From contig NC_068983.1 in the NCBI RefSeq assembly GCF_001194135.2, positions 61,286,934-61,350,933 of the forward strand: a stretch of 64,000 nucleotides of DNA, given 5' to 3'. This DNA comes from Octopus bimaculoides. Taxonomy: Eukaryota. The notes under the pieces were generated by a model. It was given only the letters and a program-made list of their open reading frames with translations, was not told where the DNA came from and did not search any database. The translations under genes and the position numbers were made by a program. Positions 27,778 to 38,700 of this stretch are shown here, in pieces. Each line of letters begins with the position of its first letter. The stretch's first letter is position 1.

Positions 27778-28550
27778 CATGGGTTGGACGATTTGACTGA
27801 GGACTGGCAAGCCAGAAGGCTGCACCAGGTTCCAATCTGATCTGGCAGAGTTTCTACAGCTGGATGCCCTTCCTAATGCCAACCACTCCAAGGGTGTAGT
27901 GGGTGCTTTTATGTGCTATAGGCACAAGAGTCAGTCACAAAGTACTGGCAACGGCCACGCTCAAAAGGTGTTTTTTACGTGCCACAAAAAGCGAATCCGA
28001 TGACTGGCACCCATGCCAACCTCTCCTTGATTGGACACTAAACTCTGCTTGCAAAGGCCTGTTGAGGCAAGTGAAATTGTAATTGAACCATACTCGATGA
28101 CTGGCACCTCACCAGTGGAGTACTAACAGCACTGTCGAGCGCGTTCATTACCAGAGCAGCTGTTTGGCTTCTGTGCTAGTGGCCCGTAAATAGCACCATT
28201 TGAGTGTAATAGCTTTGTCTTCTAGCACTTGTGCTGGTGGCACGTTAAAAAATCGTTCGATCGAGGTTGTTGCCAGTGTCGCTGGACTGGCTCCCGTGCA
28301 GGTGGCATGTAAAAAAACACCTTTTTGAGCGTGGCCGTTGCCAGTACCGTGTGACTGGCCCTCATACCGGTGGCACATAAAAGCATCCACTACACTCTCG
28401 GAGTGGTTGGCGTTAGGAAGGGCATCCAGCTGTAGAAACTCTGCCAGATCAGATTGGAGCCTGGTGCAGCCTTCTGGCTTGCCAGTCCTCAGTCAAATTG
28501 TCCAACCCATGCTAGCATGGAAAGCAGACATTAAACAATGTTGATGATGA
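27778..28550. mobile_element. Head-to-head RTE-tail composite: minus fragment 27778-27985 joined to plus copy about 27995-28550
   Basis: About 200 bp at the left end is the reverse complement of about 28305-28515. Confidence 0.85.
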
Positions 28551-28569
28551 TATATGTTTATATATATAT

Positions 28570-29215
28570 AATATCCGTGAACTGAAACACCGCAAATTAA
28601 AGAAGGATTTACAACCAAAATCCCTACCAAACATCTCCACATACAACCCCCTTAACAATGAAGCCTTCAACACCATCCTGCAGTATATTCCTCTCGTAAA
28701 AAGGGACCACAGAATGAATTCAATCCTCCAAACACCCACCATCATAAAGAGTAAAGGACAACCCAAATCTATGTACAAGCCCAAGTATACTCGACAACAC
28801 TGAAGCCATCAGTAAAAAAAATGCGGAAGACCTAACTGTGGTATATGCGTCAACCTAACTGAGGGATTAGAGTTCTCTTTCAATCAGGGTCAACGTTTTA
28901 CAGTGGAAAACAACTTCACATGTGCTTCGGCAAACCTAATACATGTATTAACTTGCTCAGGGTGTCGAGAGCAATACATAGGCCAAACTAAAAAGTCTAC
29001 ATCAAAGGATGGCTCTATATAGATCCCAGATCAAAATTCAGGAATACAGAAAAATAGCATTCAGCAAACACATCAACATTTGCATCAATAAGAAACAACC
29101 CAGCTTCAGAATTTTCCCCCTCTATAAATTCAGGGATGATGCAACCTGTAGTCAGCGCATTAGCAAAGAGTCATATCAATATAAACCCCTTTTGAATGCG
29201 TCAACCACATATGAC
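28570..29215 (+). mobile_element. Penelope-like element remnant: Cys knuckle plus GIY-YIG endonuclease, frameshifted
   Basis: KKCGRPNCGICVNL...FTCASANLIHVLTCSGCREQYIGQTK...QRMALYRSQI...FSKHINIC... Confidence 0.82.
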
Positions 29216-29755
29216 ACAACTGCAAGGGCCTTAGAATAATACCCATGCAAATATTAAAAATGATATATCCAGAACAGTCACAACCCATGAATTTATTCAG
29301 AATAATTCCAATCACTACTATTACAACCACAACAGGTCACTTGACCGTTTAAGAGGATTCCACCAACATCCTACTGTCATAACATTCCCGTAGTCTTCTT
29401 ATTCTTTCTCTTCTTTTCCTACTCCTTCCTCTACCTCTTCCTCTTCTTTCTCCTCTTTGCCACCTCCAATCAAAATCAAGAACTCATATCAAATATTTAT
29501 TTAGGACTGCTACTTCCTACTACCTGCTACCAAGCCTTCACAAGAATAAAAAAAGAGAAAATGTCCCTTGTATTTGAAAACTATAGAAATATTTAAAAAA
29601 AATATTTCATTTAATTTTGCCACAATTTAATTGTTTTTCATGCTTTACTCTAAGTTAAAAAAGTCACAAAGACTGAAACCGGTACTAAAACGTTCTTCAT
29701 GATAAAATTATTTTAGCATTTTCTACTTTGTTTTATTTTCCTTATACATATCAAC

Positions 29756-29963
29756 NNNNNNNNNNNNNNNNNNNNNNNNNNNNNNNNNNNNNNNNNNNNN
29801 NNNNNNNNNNNNNNNNNNNNNNNNNNNNNNNNNNNNNNNNNNNNNNNNNNNNNNNNNNNNNNNNNNNNNNNNNNNNNNNNNNNNNNNNNNNNNNNNNNNN
29901 NNNNNNNNNNNNNNNNNNNNNNNNNNNNNNNNNNNNNNNNNNNNNNNNNNNNNNNNNNNNNNN
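29756..29963. other. Assembly gap (N)
   Basis: Run of N. Confidence 1.
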
Positions 29964-30160
29964 ATATATATATATATATAAGAGATTGCTCCAGGCACAC
30001 ATTAGGCAAGAAGTCGAAAACTTTTTGGGCCCATGACACTGCATGGACCCTAAGTAAAGCATGTGTAAAATTTGAATGAAATCAGTAGGGTAGTTCTCAA
30101 GTTTTAGTGATGGACACATACAGACAGAGATACATTCTCAGTTTTATATATATAGATATA
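29964..30160 (+). mobile_element. Possible non-autonomous Helitron-like (Lep1/DINE-type) fragment
   Basis: gtgtaaaatttgaatgaaatcagtagggtagttctcaagtttt...catacagacagagatacattctcagttttatatatataga resembles the aaatttcatcaaaatcgg...(acag)n...tttatatatataga organisation. Confidence 0.4.
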
Positions 30161-30162
30161 TA

Positions 30163-30576
30163 TGGGGCTAAATGACAGTAACAATCGTCCTAACCAGGAC
30201 CACCACATTATGTTGGCAAATAATCTCTACCCAAGAGTACTGTTACTCAATGTCTCTCTTTCAGAGATTTATAAATAATAATTTTCTATTTATTAGATCA
30301 GTGACTGTGTGTCACTTTGAAAAGTATATATTTCATACAGGAGTTTAGTGGCGTCATCTCTAGCTGAGCAGTTATTCTGTGCTGATGAAGGGAAATAACC
30401 CAGAAACCATTGGTACACAGATATCGCATTGGGCTGAGTGGGGACGCTAAACCCCCTTGTTTGAAAATATGATGCAAATAGTGTTGTATAGCCAGCTGGA
30501 GATGATGTTTCCTGGGGTTAAATAACAGTAACAATCATCCTAACCAGGACAACTACATTATGTTGGCAAATAATCT
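30163..30576 (+). repeat. 64-bp direct repeats (30163-30226, 30513-30576; 5 mismatches), period 350 bp, enclosing the hammerhead
   Basis: tggggctaaatgacagtaacaatcgtcctaaccaggaccaccacattatgttggcaaataatct vs tggggttaaataacagtaacaatcatcctaaccaggacaactacattatgttggcaaataatct. Confidence 0.9.
30376..30421 (+). ncRNA. Minimal type I hammerhead ribozyme motif
   Basis: Stem I TCTGTG/CACAGA, core CTGATGA, stem II (A)GGG-AAATAA-CCC(A), GAAA, palindromic stem III ACCA-T-TGGT, cleavage triplet GUA (after 30415). Confidence 0.78.
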
Positions 30577-30605
30577 TACTCACTCTCTCTCTCTCTCTCT
30601 CTCTC

Positions 30606-30723
30606 NNNNNNNNNNNNNNNNNNNNNNNNNNNNNNNNNNNNNNNNNNNNNNNNNNNNNNNNNNNNNNNNNNNNNNNNNNNNNNNNNNNNNNNNNNNNNNN
30701 NNNNNNNNNNNNNNNNNNNNNNN
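30606..30723. other. Assembly gap (N)
   Basis: Run of N after (CT)n. Confidence 1.
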
Positions 30724-31061
30724 ATACACAGATATCCATATATCACCCAACAAAAATGTTTTCATATTAAATTCTTATGTAATTGTATTCTAAATACTGT
30801 GGAAGGTATTTGTAGAAAATTTTACAAAAGAAATATCCATTTTCTGAAAGTTAGGAGGAAAGAAAATCAACACATATGAATTTTCCAAAACTTCTCTCCC
30901 AAGCTCCAGAAAAACATTTTCACAACAAATTCCAATGTTATTAAAATCTACACCATCTGAAACATATTTGTAGAAAATTTCATTTAAAAATATCTATTTT
31001 TATGGATGTTTTGAGGAAATAAAGTCAGTGGGGCACAAGTGTGTAAGTATGCTGCCATATA

Positions 31062-31775
31062 TATACTAGGGTGAGTGTTTTTTCAAGATTTTTGATTTTG
31101 TGATGAGGGTAGCATGGAAAAGTTGTGAATGGACATCAAAATAACTGGTGTAAAATCATAGAACTCTGTGGGAATATCACCTGTCTCCACAAATGCATAA
31201 AAAAATGGAAGAAGTGGTAGAAAAACACCTCTACTCATTTATTAGTTATAAAGTACAGTTTTCATTGCATCTTTTTCAGGTAGCATTTAAATGATTGTGA
31301 TGAAATTACTCTAAAATACGGCTTTAACATGTTTTTTCCAGTGGTTTCATCTTTTGCTTCCACAAACACCTTAAAATATGCAAAAATATCGTAAATATTC
31401 TAATTTATTGAATTCAAAAAATTTTTCATGTAGATGTATATTACAGTACACCCCCCATCCCTCCTTGTGGAGGTAGAAGATGAAGTCACAGATAAAAACA
31501 TGTTCAGTCATATTTTAAAGTAATTTCATCACAATCATTTAGAAGCTACCTGAAGAAGATGCAATGAAAACTGTATTTTATAGATAATAAATAAGGAGAG
31601 GCATTTTCCCCCACCCACTTCTTTTTCATTTTTTGATGCATTAGTGGAAGCAGAAGATATTATCACAGAGTTCTAAGATTTTACACCAGTTACTTTGCTG
31701 TCCATTCACAAATTCTCCACACTACCCCCATCATGAAATTGAAAATCGTGAATAAGTGCTCCACCCTAATGTATA
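31062..31775. mobile_element. Foldback MITE-like element with arms of about 270 bp
   Basis: About 31062-31335 is the approximate reverse complement of about 31495-31775 (e.g. ttttcattgcatctttttcaggtagc vs gctacctgaagaagatgcaatgaaaa); TA-flanked. Confidence 0.85.
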
Positions 31776-32280
31776 CTTATGTATGTACACTATAGAATAT
31801 ATGATATAATGATATCAAATCAATGTAAAACATGTTGTATTAAAGATAGTGTGCTTGCACTAGTATATAAGGCTTGGAAACCAAATTACTTTACAGTCTG
31901 AAGAAGGTTACTAACTGTCAACCTCTTCCTTATTAAATAAAATCAATAACACTGTACAGAAAGACACCGAGTAGTCCTTTAATTTAACGTCTAATTTTAT
32001 ATATTAAAAGAAACACTAATGTACATATTTATTTCTCTGCACATGCATGCACACACACACATAGGGAGAGAGGTGTGAGAACCAGCACTTGAGAATGCAA
32101 GAAAGAAATCTATGGCAAAGGATTATAACTATTAATGGAAAGTGAGAAAGTAGTTGTGCTGATGAAAATTGTCTATTTGATGTTTGTATAAGAGAAAGAA
32201 CTTAACTTCCTTTTACTTTTATAATGTACAGCATTCTTTTTTATTAATTCAATTACACACAAATAGACAAAGAGAATTTT

Positions 32281-32325
32281 AATTTTAGAATTATATGGAT
32301 TAATTTTAGAATTATATGGATTAAT
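32281..32325. repeat. 21-bp tandem duplication (ttttagaattatatggattaa x2)
   Basis: Direct inspection. Confidence 0.85.
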
Positions 32326-32484
32326 TTCTCCCATAAATTAATTTTCATTATAAACAAGAATTTGTTAAAAAATAGTTTTGTATTAAGTGATGACTGGGTG
32401 CTTTTTTTGTGGCTTTTATTACTTACACACATATATATATATACATATATATATATACCGCCTGACTGGCCTTTGTAGGGTTTT

Positions 32485-32758
32485 CGAGCGAGATCGTTGC
32501 CAGTGCCCCTGGACTGGCTCTTGTGCGGGTGGCACATAAAAGACACCATTAAGAGCGTGGCCGTTTTCGTGCGGGTGACACGTAAAAGCACCCACTACAC
32601 TCTCTGAGTGGTTGGCGTTAGGAAGGGCATCCAGCTGTAGAAACTCTGCCAAATTAGATTGGAGCCTGGTGTTGCCATCTGGTTTCACCAGTCCTCAGTC
32701 AAATCGTCCAACCCATGCTAGCATGGAAGGCGGACGTTAAACGATGATGATGATGATG
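32485..32758 (+). mobile_element. RTE-tail element, 5'-truncated, (GAT)n tail
   Basis: ggcgttaggaagggcatccagctgtagaaac...catgctagcatggaaggcggacgttaaacgatgatgatgatg; near consensus. Confidence 0.88.
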
Positions 32759-35700
32759 TTGTGATTGGCTCAATTATATATTTTTTTACAATCTACATGG
32801 CTCTAGTTGTCATTGAGTGATAAATAGTTATGTCAAATAATTTAGTTTTAGTTTAATGTAACTGAGAAGTAACAAAAGGAATTGAAAACCCAATAGAGGG
32901 TAAGTTGAATATTTACAAAGCTGATACAGATCAATAAAAATATCTTGGTCTGGATGAAATATAAGTAAAATATGTGTACAAGGTGGTGTCTTATGGAATA
33001 GTGAAAGAAAGTAATGTAACAGCTGTTGTAGAAACTCAAAGATGTTTCAGTTTGTGTAACTGGAGAATAAGTGAACTGAAAAATGTTAAGAGAATATAAC
33101 AATAAAATGTCATCCTAATTTATATTAATAAAAAAATAACCTGGACTAAGTGAATAAATAATTCATCTGTAGTAAAAAAAAGAAAAAAAAAAAGAAAAAA
33201 AGAATTTTATTCTATCTTATTACAGAATGCTATCAATATTTGAAAATCTCAGAAATTATCACCTATAAAGGTATATTCAGTTTATTGCATAAGAATGTCA
33301 ATTACTGAGGCTATGCAATTTAGCAGAGTTGACTATAACAAGATTAAAAACACCAGAAAATAGCAATAAATTTTCTGGTGAAGGAAAGTGCAAAGCATAA
33401 GAGGTTGCATATTACTATGTATTAATATGCAATTTGCTTCAATTTCAATTTGTTGAAGGTGTCATGTGATAAAAGAGAATTAAGAAAGTAGAAAGTTAAT
33501 TTCAAGTTTTGTCTTTGCCAATTCTTTACATATTCAAAATAAATGAGGAAAACTTTCATTTAGTATGGAAAACACTCACATGTTTGATATTACTATAGTA
33601 ATAAATGATTAACAACAGAATGATTTCAATGAAAAGCATTAATATTGGTATTGATGTAAAATTAAAGAAAATATATATAAAAACATGAAATGAGAGCAGG
33701 ATAACTATTGTTTTTTTATGTGGAATAAGATTAAGCTATTTTCATATAGGATATCAAAATAGGCTATTTTTATATAAGATGTATTAGTCTATTTCTATAA
33801 ATAATCAATGTATGTCAGTAATAGAGTAGAAAATAGTTTAGGTGAAAGTAGTAGCGTAGAATTAATTAGAGATTAAATGCTACGATTTTTCTCTAAAGTT
33901 ATTTGTCATGTTTTATAATCAGTTATTTCAATACAGACACACAAACGAAAATCAAAATTAAAAAGTTGAGAAGTGTAAAAAACAAAAAGATACAGTAATT
34001 AAAATAAACTGTTATATAACTATGCATGGGTTGAAAATAGCCACACATTCTGTAATTTCAACATTTTGAGAAAATTCTAAACATGATATACATATTTACA
34101 GTTACAATATAGAAGTGCAATGGCTGAATGAGTATTGATTATGAGACTACTAAGTTGTAGGTTAAAATTTAAAGGTTTTGCTTATTAAAATAGAAACTAC
34201 ACTTAATTTACAAATCAAATTGTTAGCAGGTTGCAGCATATTCAACACTATTATCACTTGCTACAACAAAGCATCCCATTTCTTCAAAGCCTCTTCATTA
34301 AAATTACACATAGCTTTGTTTATAAGTCTGAAGTAATGGTAATGCACAACTAAAACTGTAAACATTAAAAGTAAAGCAGGTTACTGAGGACAACACACAC
34401 CATCATGTATAACACACCTAAAACAGTATTCATATCAAGGACAACACAGTTGTACAGGATTTTGTCTATAATGCATTTGTAGGAAGTGATATTACTAGCC
34501 AATTTGAAGTCTATTCAGAATAATCTAGACTGCACTATTCCTTTCCTGAAGGTTTTCACCTTCAAATTGACATCAATAAATATTGGTTGTTGAGACATTA
34601 AAGGATTTAACTGTTGATCTAAAGATTAAAGTTCAAGTACCGCAACAGGAATCATACCCTTGTTTTAAGTCAATGCATATCAAACCACTTATCTTAGGTT
34701 TACTCAAGTCTCAGTAAGTCTATTTCTACAGCAACAAATATACATTTCAGTATATTTCCTTAATGAATTTGTTTACTATCATTTTGATAAATTATAGTAC
34801 AGGTATACATCCCTGGAGAGTTTCAGTAAGGCAGTAACACCTGTAATAAGCAGAAAAATTTATGAAATTATTTATCATAAACAAATATTGTCTTATTCTC
34901 AGTGCATATTTTGTTGAACTTGAGCTTTTTAATGCTGTATGCATTAAACATGTTGACACCTATGCATCTACTAGTTATTTACCTACTTAATAACATAATA
35001 GAAAATAAGTACCACTTCAATTTTAGTTCAGAGATTAGTATAAGGATCTAGTTGTAAAAAGCCCTTGTTTCAACTAACAACCATACCTAAATCTATTAAA
35101 TAAAATAATATCATGTATGACTAAATTATGTGAAGATTTTGAACATGTAAACAAAGGCATAAACAAATTATATTCTTCCCTCTAATACCAATGTGGTCAT
35201 CAAAGTAAATTCACTCTAATATTAAATGACTTGAACAAGAAAGGAAGAATATTCATAAAACACTATACTGGCCAATATAGATAGCATTTTAAATGTACTT
35301 TGTAGGCTGGCATGGGTTGCATAAGTTGTAATGATCTAAGTCAGCCTTTATTTGGCATAACTGCTCTTCCAGACCAATCACTGGATCATGTTTTTGGCTT
35401 GGTTTCTATGGCTGGATACCCATTCTAACACGGACCACTTTACAGATTGCACTAAGTGTATTTTATCATGATACCAACACTAGAGAGGCTTTTGTCTTTG
35501 ACAAGATAAAAGTAAAGGGTTCTTTGATCCCGTGTTTTCTTTATTTGCACCAAAATTAACTTTACAGAGACTACTGGATGCATTTTATAGTATCAGTGAG
35601 ATTACCTTTAATTGCTCAATGTAATAAAGGGGGTAGAAAAGAAATCAACTGCAGAAAATATCAAAACAATATCAAAATATTTATAATGATTCCTTTTAAA

Positions 35701-38700
35701 TGTTATTCATGGCAACATCTTCAAGGATCTAATCAATTTCCAGTGTTTGTCATCTTTTACATAGCAGTTAAATCAATTTTTAATCAACTCCTTATATAAA
35801 TGGGAATGAAAGAAGTCCACAGGCCATAACTAAGTTAAGATCTTATTAGATTTTGATATTCATCAATGAAACATTTGGTTCAAAGATAAAGAATAACATT
35901 AATATTTGGACTGCTTATTTCTCTTCATATAGTGATATCTCTATCATCATCATTGGTTTAACTTGCTTTCATAGCCTGGCCTGAATTAAGTGATCTGCAC
36001 ACCTTATCTGTTTTACATAAGAATGACAACTTTCTATGGTTTGATCAAATTGCATCAATTAAAAACTTCTTTTATTGGCAATAAATTCTTATCCGAGGAA
36101 ATTTCTAATTAAGTATGCATCACATATTTCCTTCAAAAATTCATATTAATATGGACTCTCTTGAAAGAAGGCAATAAAATTGTTGGTTTTTGTTGCCATC
36201 TGAATTCATTTATACTTTTGTACAAAAGATAAGACCGTCAAATAATTACATTTTTCATAGATCTGTTGTGCTAGAAATATTACATTTATTGAGTCAAATT
36301 TCATCACACAGCAAACCATTTTATTCACATCAGCCCTATTATGCATTAACAGTAATAAAATAGAAAATATTAGTTTGGCGCAAGAAGTCAATTCTATAGT
36401 TTTTGATAGGGTCTTCCGAAATGTATTAAACTAATTTTTGTTGATACTGACTACCATTGATTTCTTGAATTCTACTGCTTCATTCTGATTACTATCCATT
36501 AGCTTTTTGCAATACTTTCTACCACCTTTGTTATCTACTGTAATAGAAAGTTTACATCCACAAACTATGCTGCTGACAGACTAGCAGGTAGTGAAGAGCA
36601 AATAATATATACAGCTACATTCTTGAATGAAGAACATAACAGGTGAGAATCTAGGTCTTGTCTGTTAAAAACAACCAGACTAACTACTATTCAGTTAGCT
36701 ATTCCTTTGCAAGCTTTTATAATGACAACTGATAATCGACATTCAAAAGCTGTTAATTTTTTGTTCATTGCTTATCACATTTCAATATGATCTTAACAAA
36801 TCATCTAGATTGATATTTGTTATTTCTTCTTGCTAAGAGTTAAATCTTTGGGAAACGCTACACTACCTTCTAAAACAACTTAATAAAATCAAAATATCAT
36901 TGCACGCACACAACAATGCATTACTCTGTATCACAACAACTTGTACACCAACTACACTGTGCACTAGCAACACTAAACTGTATGACAACTGCACTACACA
37001 GTAGAAACACTGAAGTGTATTACAACTGCACTGTTTACCAAAAATACTTTACTGCACACCACCACCACCACCACACTATGCCAATAACACTACATTGTAC
37101 ATGATTGATGTACACCAACACTACAGTGTATAGCAACTTATCAAAAAATACTTAGAACAAAGTATACTCTAGATTATAAATGTTGTGACCAATTCTAACA
37201 AAACTAGAAACTTGACATTTTTATAAGATGGTAAAAGTGGCATACAACATAAAAATGGCCTCTATTTTTCATGAAAGTTAAAATATATCTAACCTTTCAC
37301 TTAATTTCAGCTCATTGTGGTATAGTACAGCCATATGCAAGAATCTTTGGCAATAAAATTTAAATGCTCTGTCTACCTTATATTGTAAATAGTTGTAAAT
37401 ATGGCATTTGAAATGTTGCCAAGAATAGAAATTAGAAGTCATTGACTATATAAGATTCTAGACATTAAATGGAGTAAGTTTGTTACTTTGAAAGTTTAGG
37501 ATTACTTAAAGCATCTGTTGGTGTTCAACAGAATTAAACTATAACAAATGAATTGTCTTAGATCTACCTTCAGGTTTTAGCATTTCAGACTTAACTAATT
37601 TAGTGATGTGGTGAACAAGGCTCAATCCAAATGAAATTATACGAGACCTTCCAAGCAAAGTTTAGTAGAGATTGAAAAAATGTGGTAACATTAGCTGCAA
37701 ATTGATCTAAGTAGCTTGTCTAGACTACTATATATGTGGGACATTATAAAACTACTAAGGCATGATTGACTTCTTAAAATACATGAAACATATATTTTAA
37801 AATATAGTCTCTGTTAAGTTGGTTTCTGTCTTTTCAGCCATTACTGAGATGTTTTTGAGATCATATGAAATCAATAGCTTTATTTTAAGTTAAATGAAAC
37901 CATTAAATCCTGTAATACATTTTCTTCATAATTTCATATAAATACAGTAACAATCGTTTGAAGAACACTTACTTTATAAAACTATTCCTTTTTTGAATAA
38001 TTTTCCTGTTATTAATAAAAGATCATAACAGATGCAAAAATTGTAAAATTAATGGAGATTAAGTTATGTCTCTATCCTCAGAAAAATTCTTCATACAAAA
38101 AATAAATCCCTACCCTGACCTTTTTCTTTATTCTTTTTTTTATGAATCATCTAACTTATCTATTCCTATAGTAACAATATCCTATTTCAGTTTATGTATT
38201 TTATAACAGAAACGTTCTACATCTTAGACAAAAAACAATTCTTTTTTTAGCTATTTAATTTTGTACCTTAACATTCAGATGCTTCTTTGACCACATTTTG
38301 GTAATCTTTACAAAATTATGTGATTTGTTATAGAAAATGCATTATTGTAAATATAATACCTTTTAGAAGTTAAATAAAATATATACTTTCAGAGAGAACT
38401 GTATAATTCTTAAAACAGGAATATAACTTAATGAGTAAAATATGGAAGTGAAGGAAATGAAATCAGTGCTGTGCAAGATTGCAGTATTTCTATTGATAGT
38501 AACCTATTAATGAAGGAATTTATTAGTGGTTACTATTTACATCAAGAACACCGCATGAATGCATATAACAGTTACCAACTTTAAATCATTAAATGGTATT
38601 TGCTAAGTGAATGACAGGGAGGTCAGCACTTGCATCCATAGACAATGACAGAAGCATACAAAGGATGAGGAAAAAAAAACAACAAAGAATACTCACTCTT

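Noticed and set aside
23532-30793. Long ORFs in the track containing X runs (e.g. 25441-26601, 25520-26953)
   Set aside because: Artefacts of N-gaps; only the CR1 RT part at 26500-26842 is real.
36900-37135. CA/ACT-rich degenerate repeat with a His-run ORF
   Set aside because: Low-complexity sequence with no regular repeat-spacer period and no coding signal.
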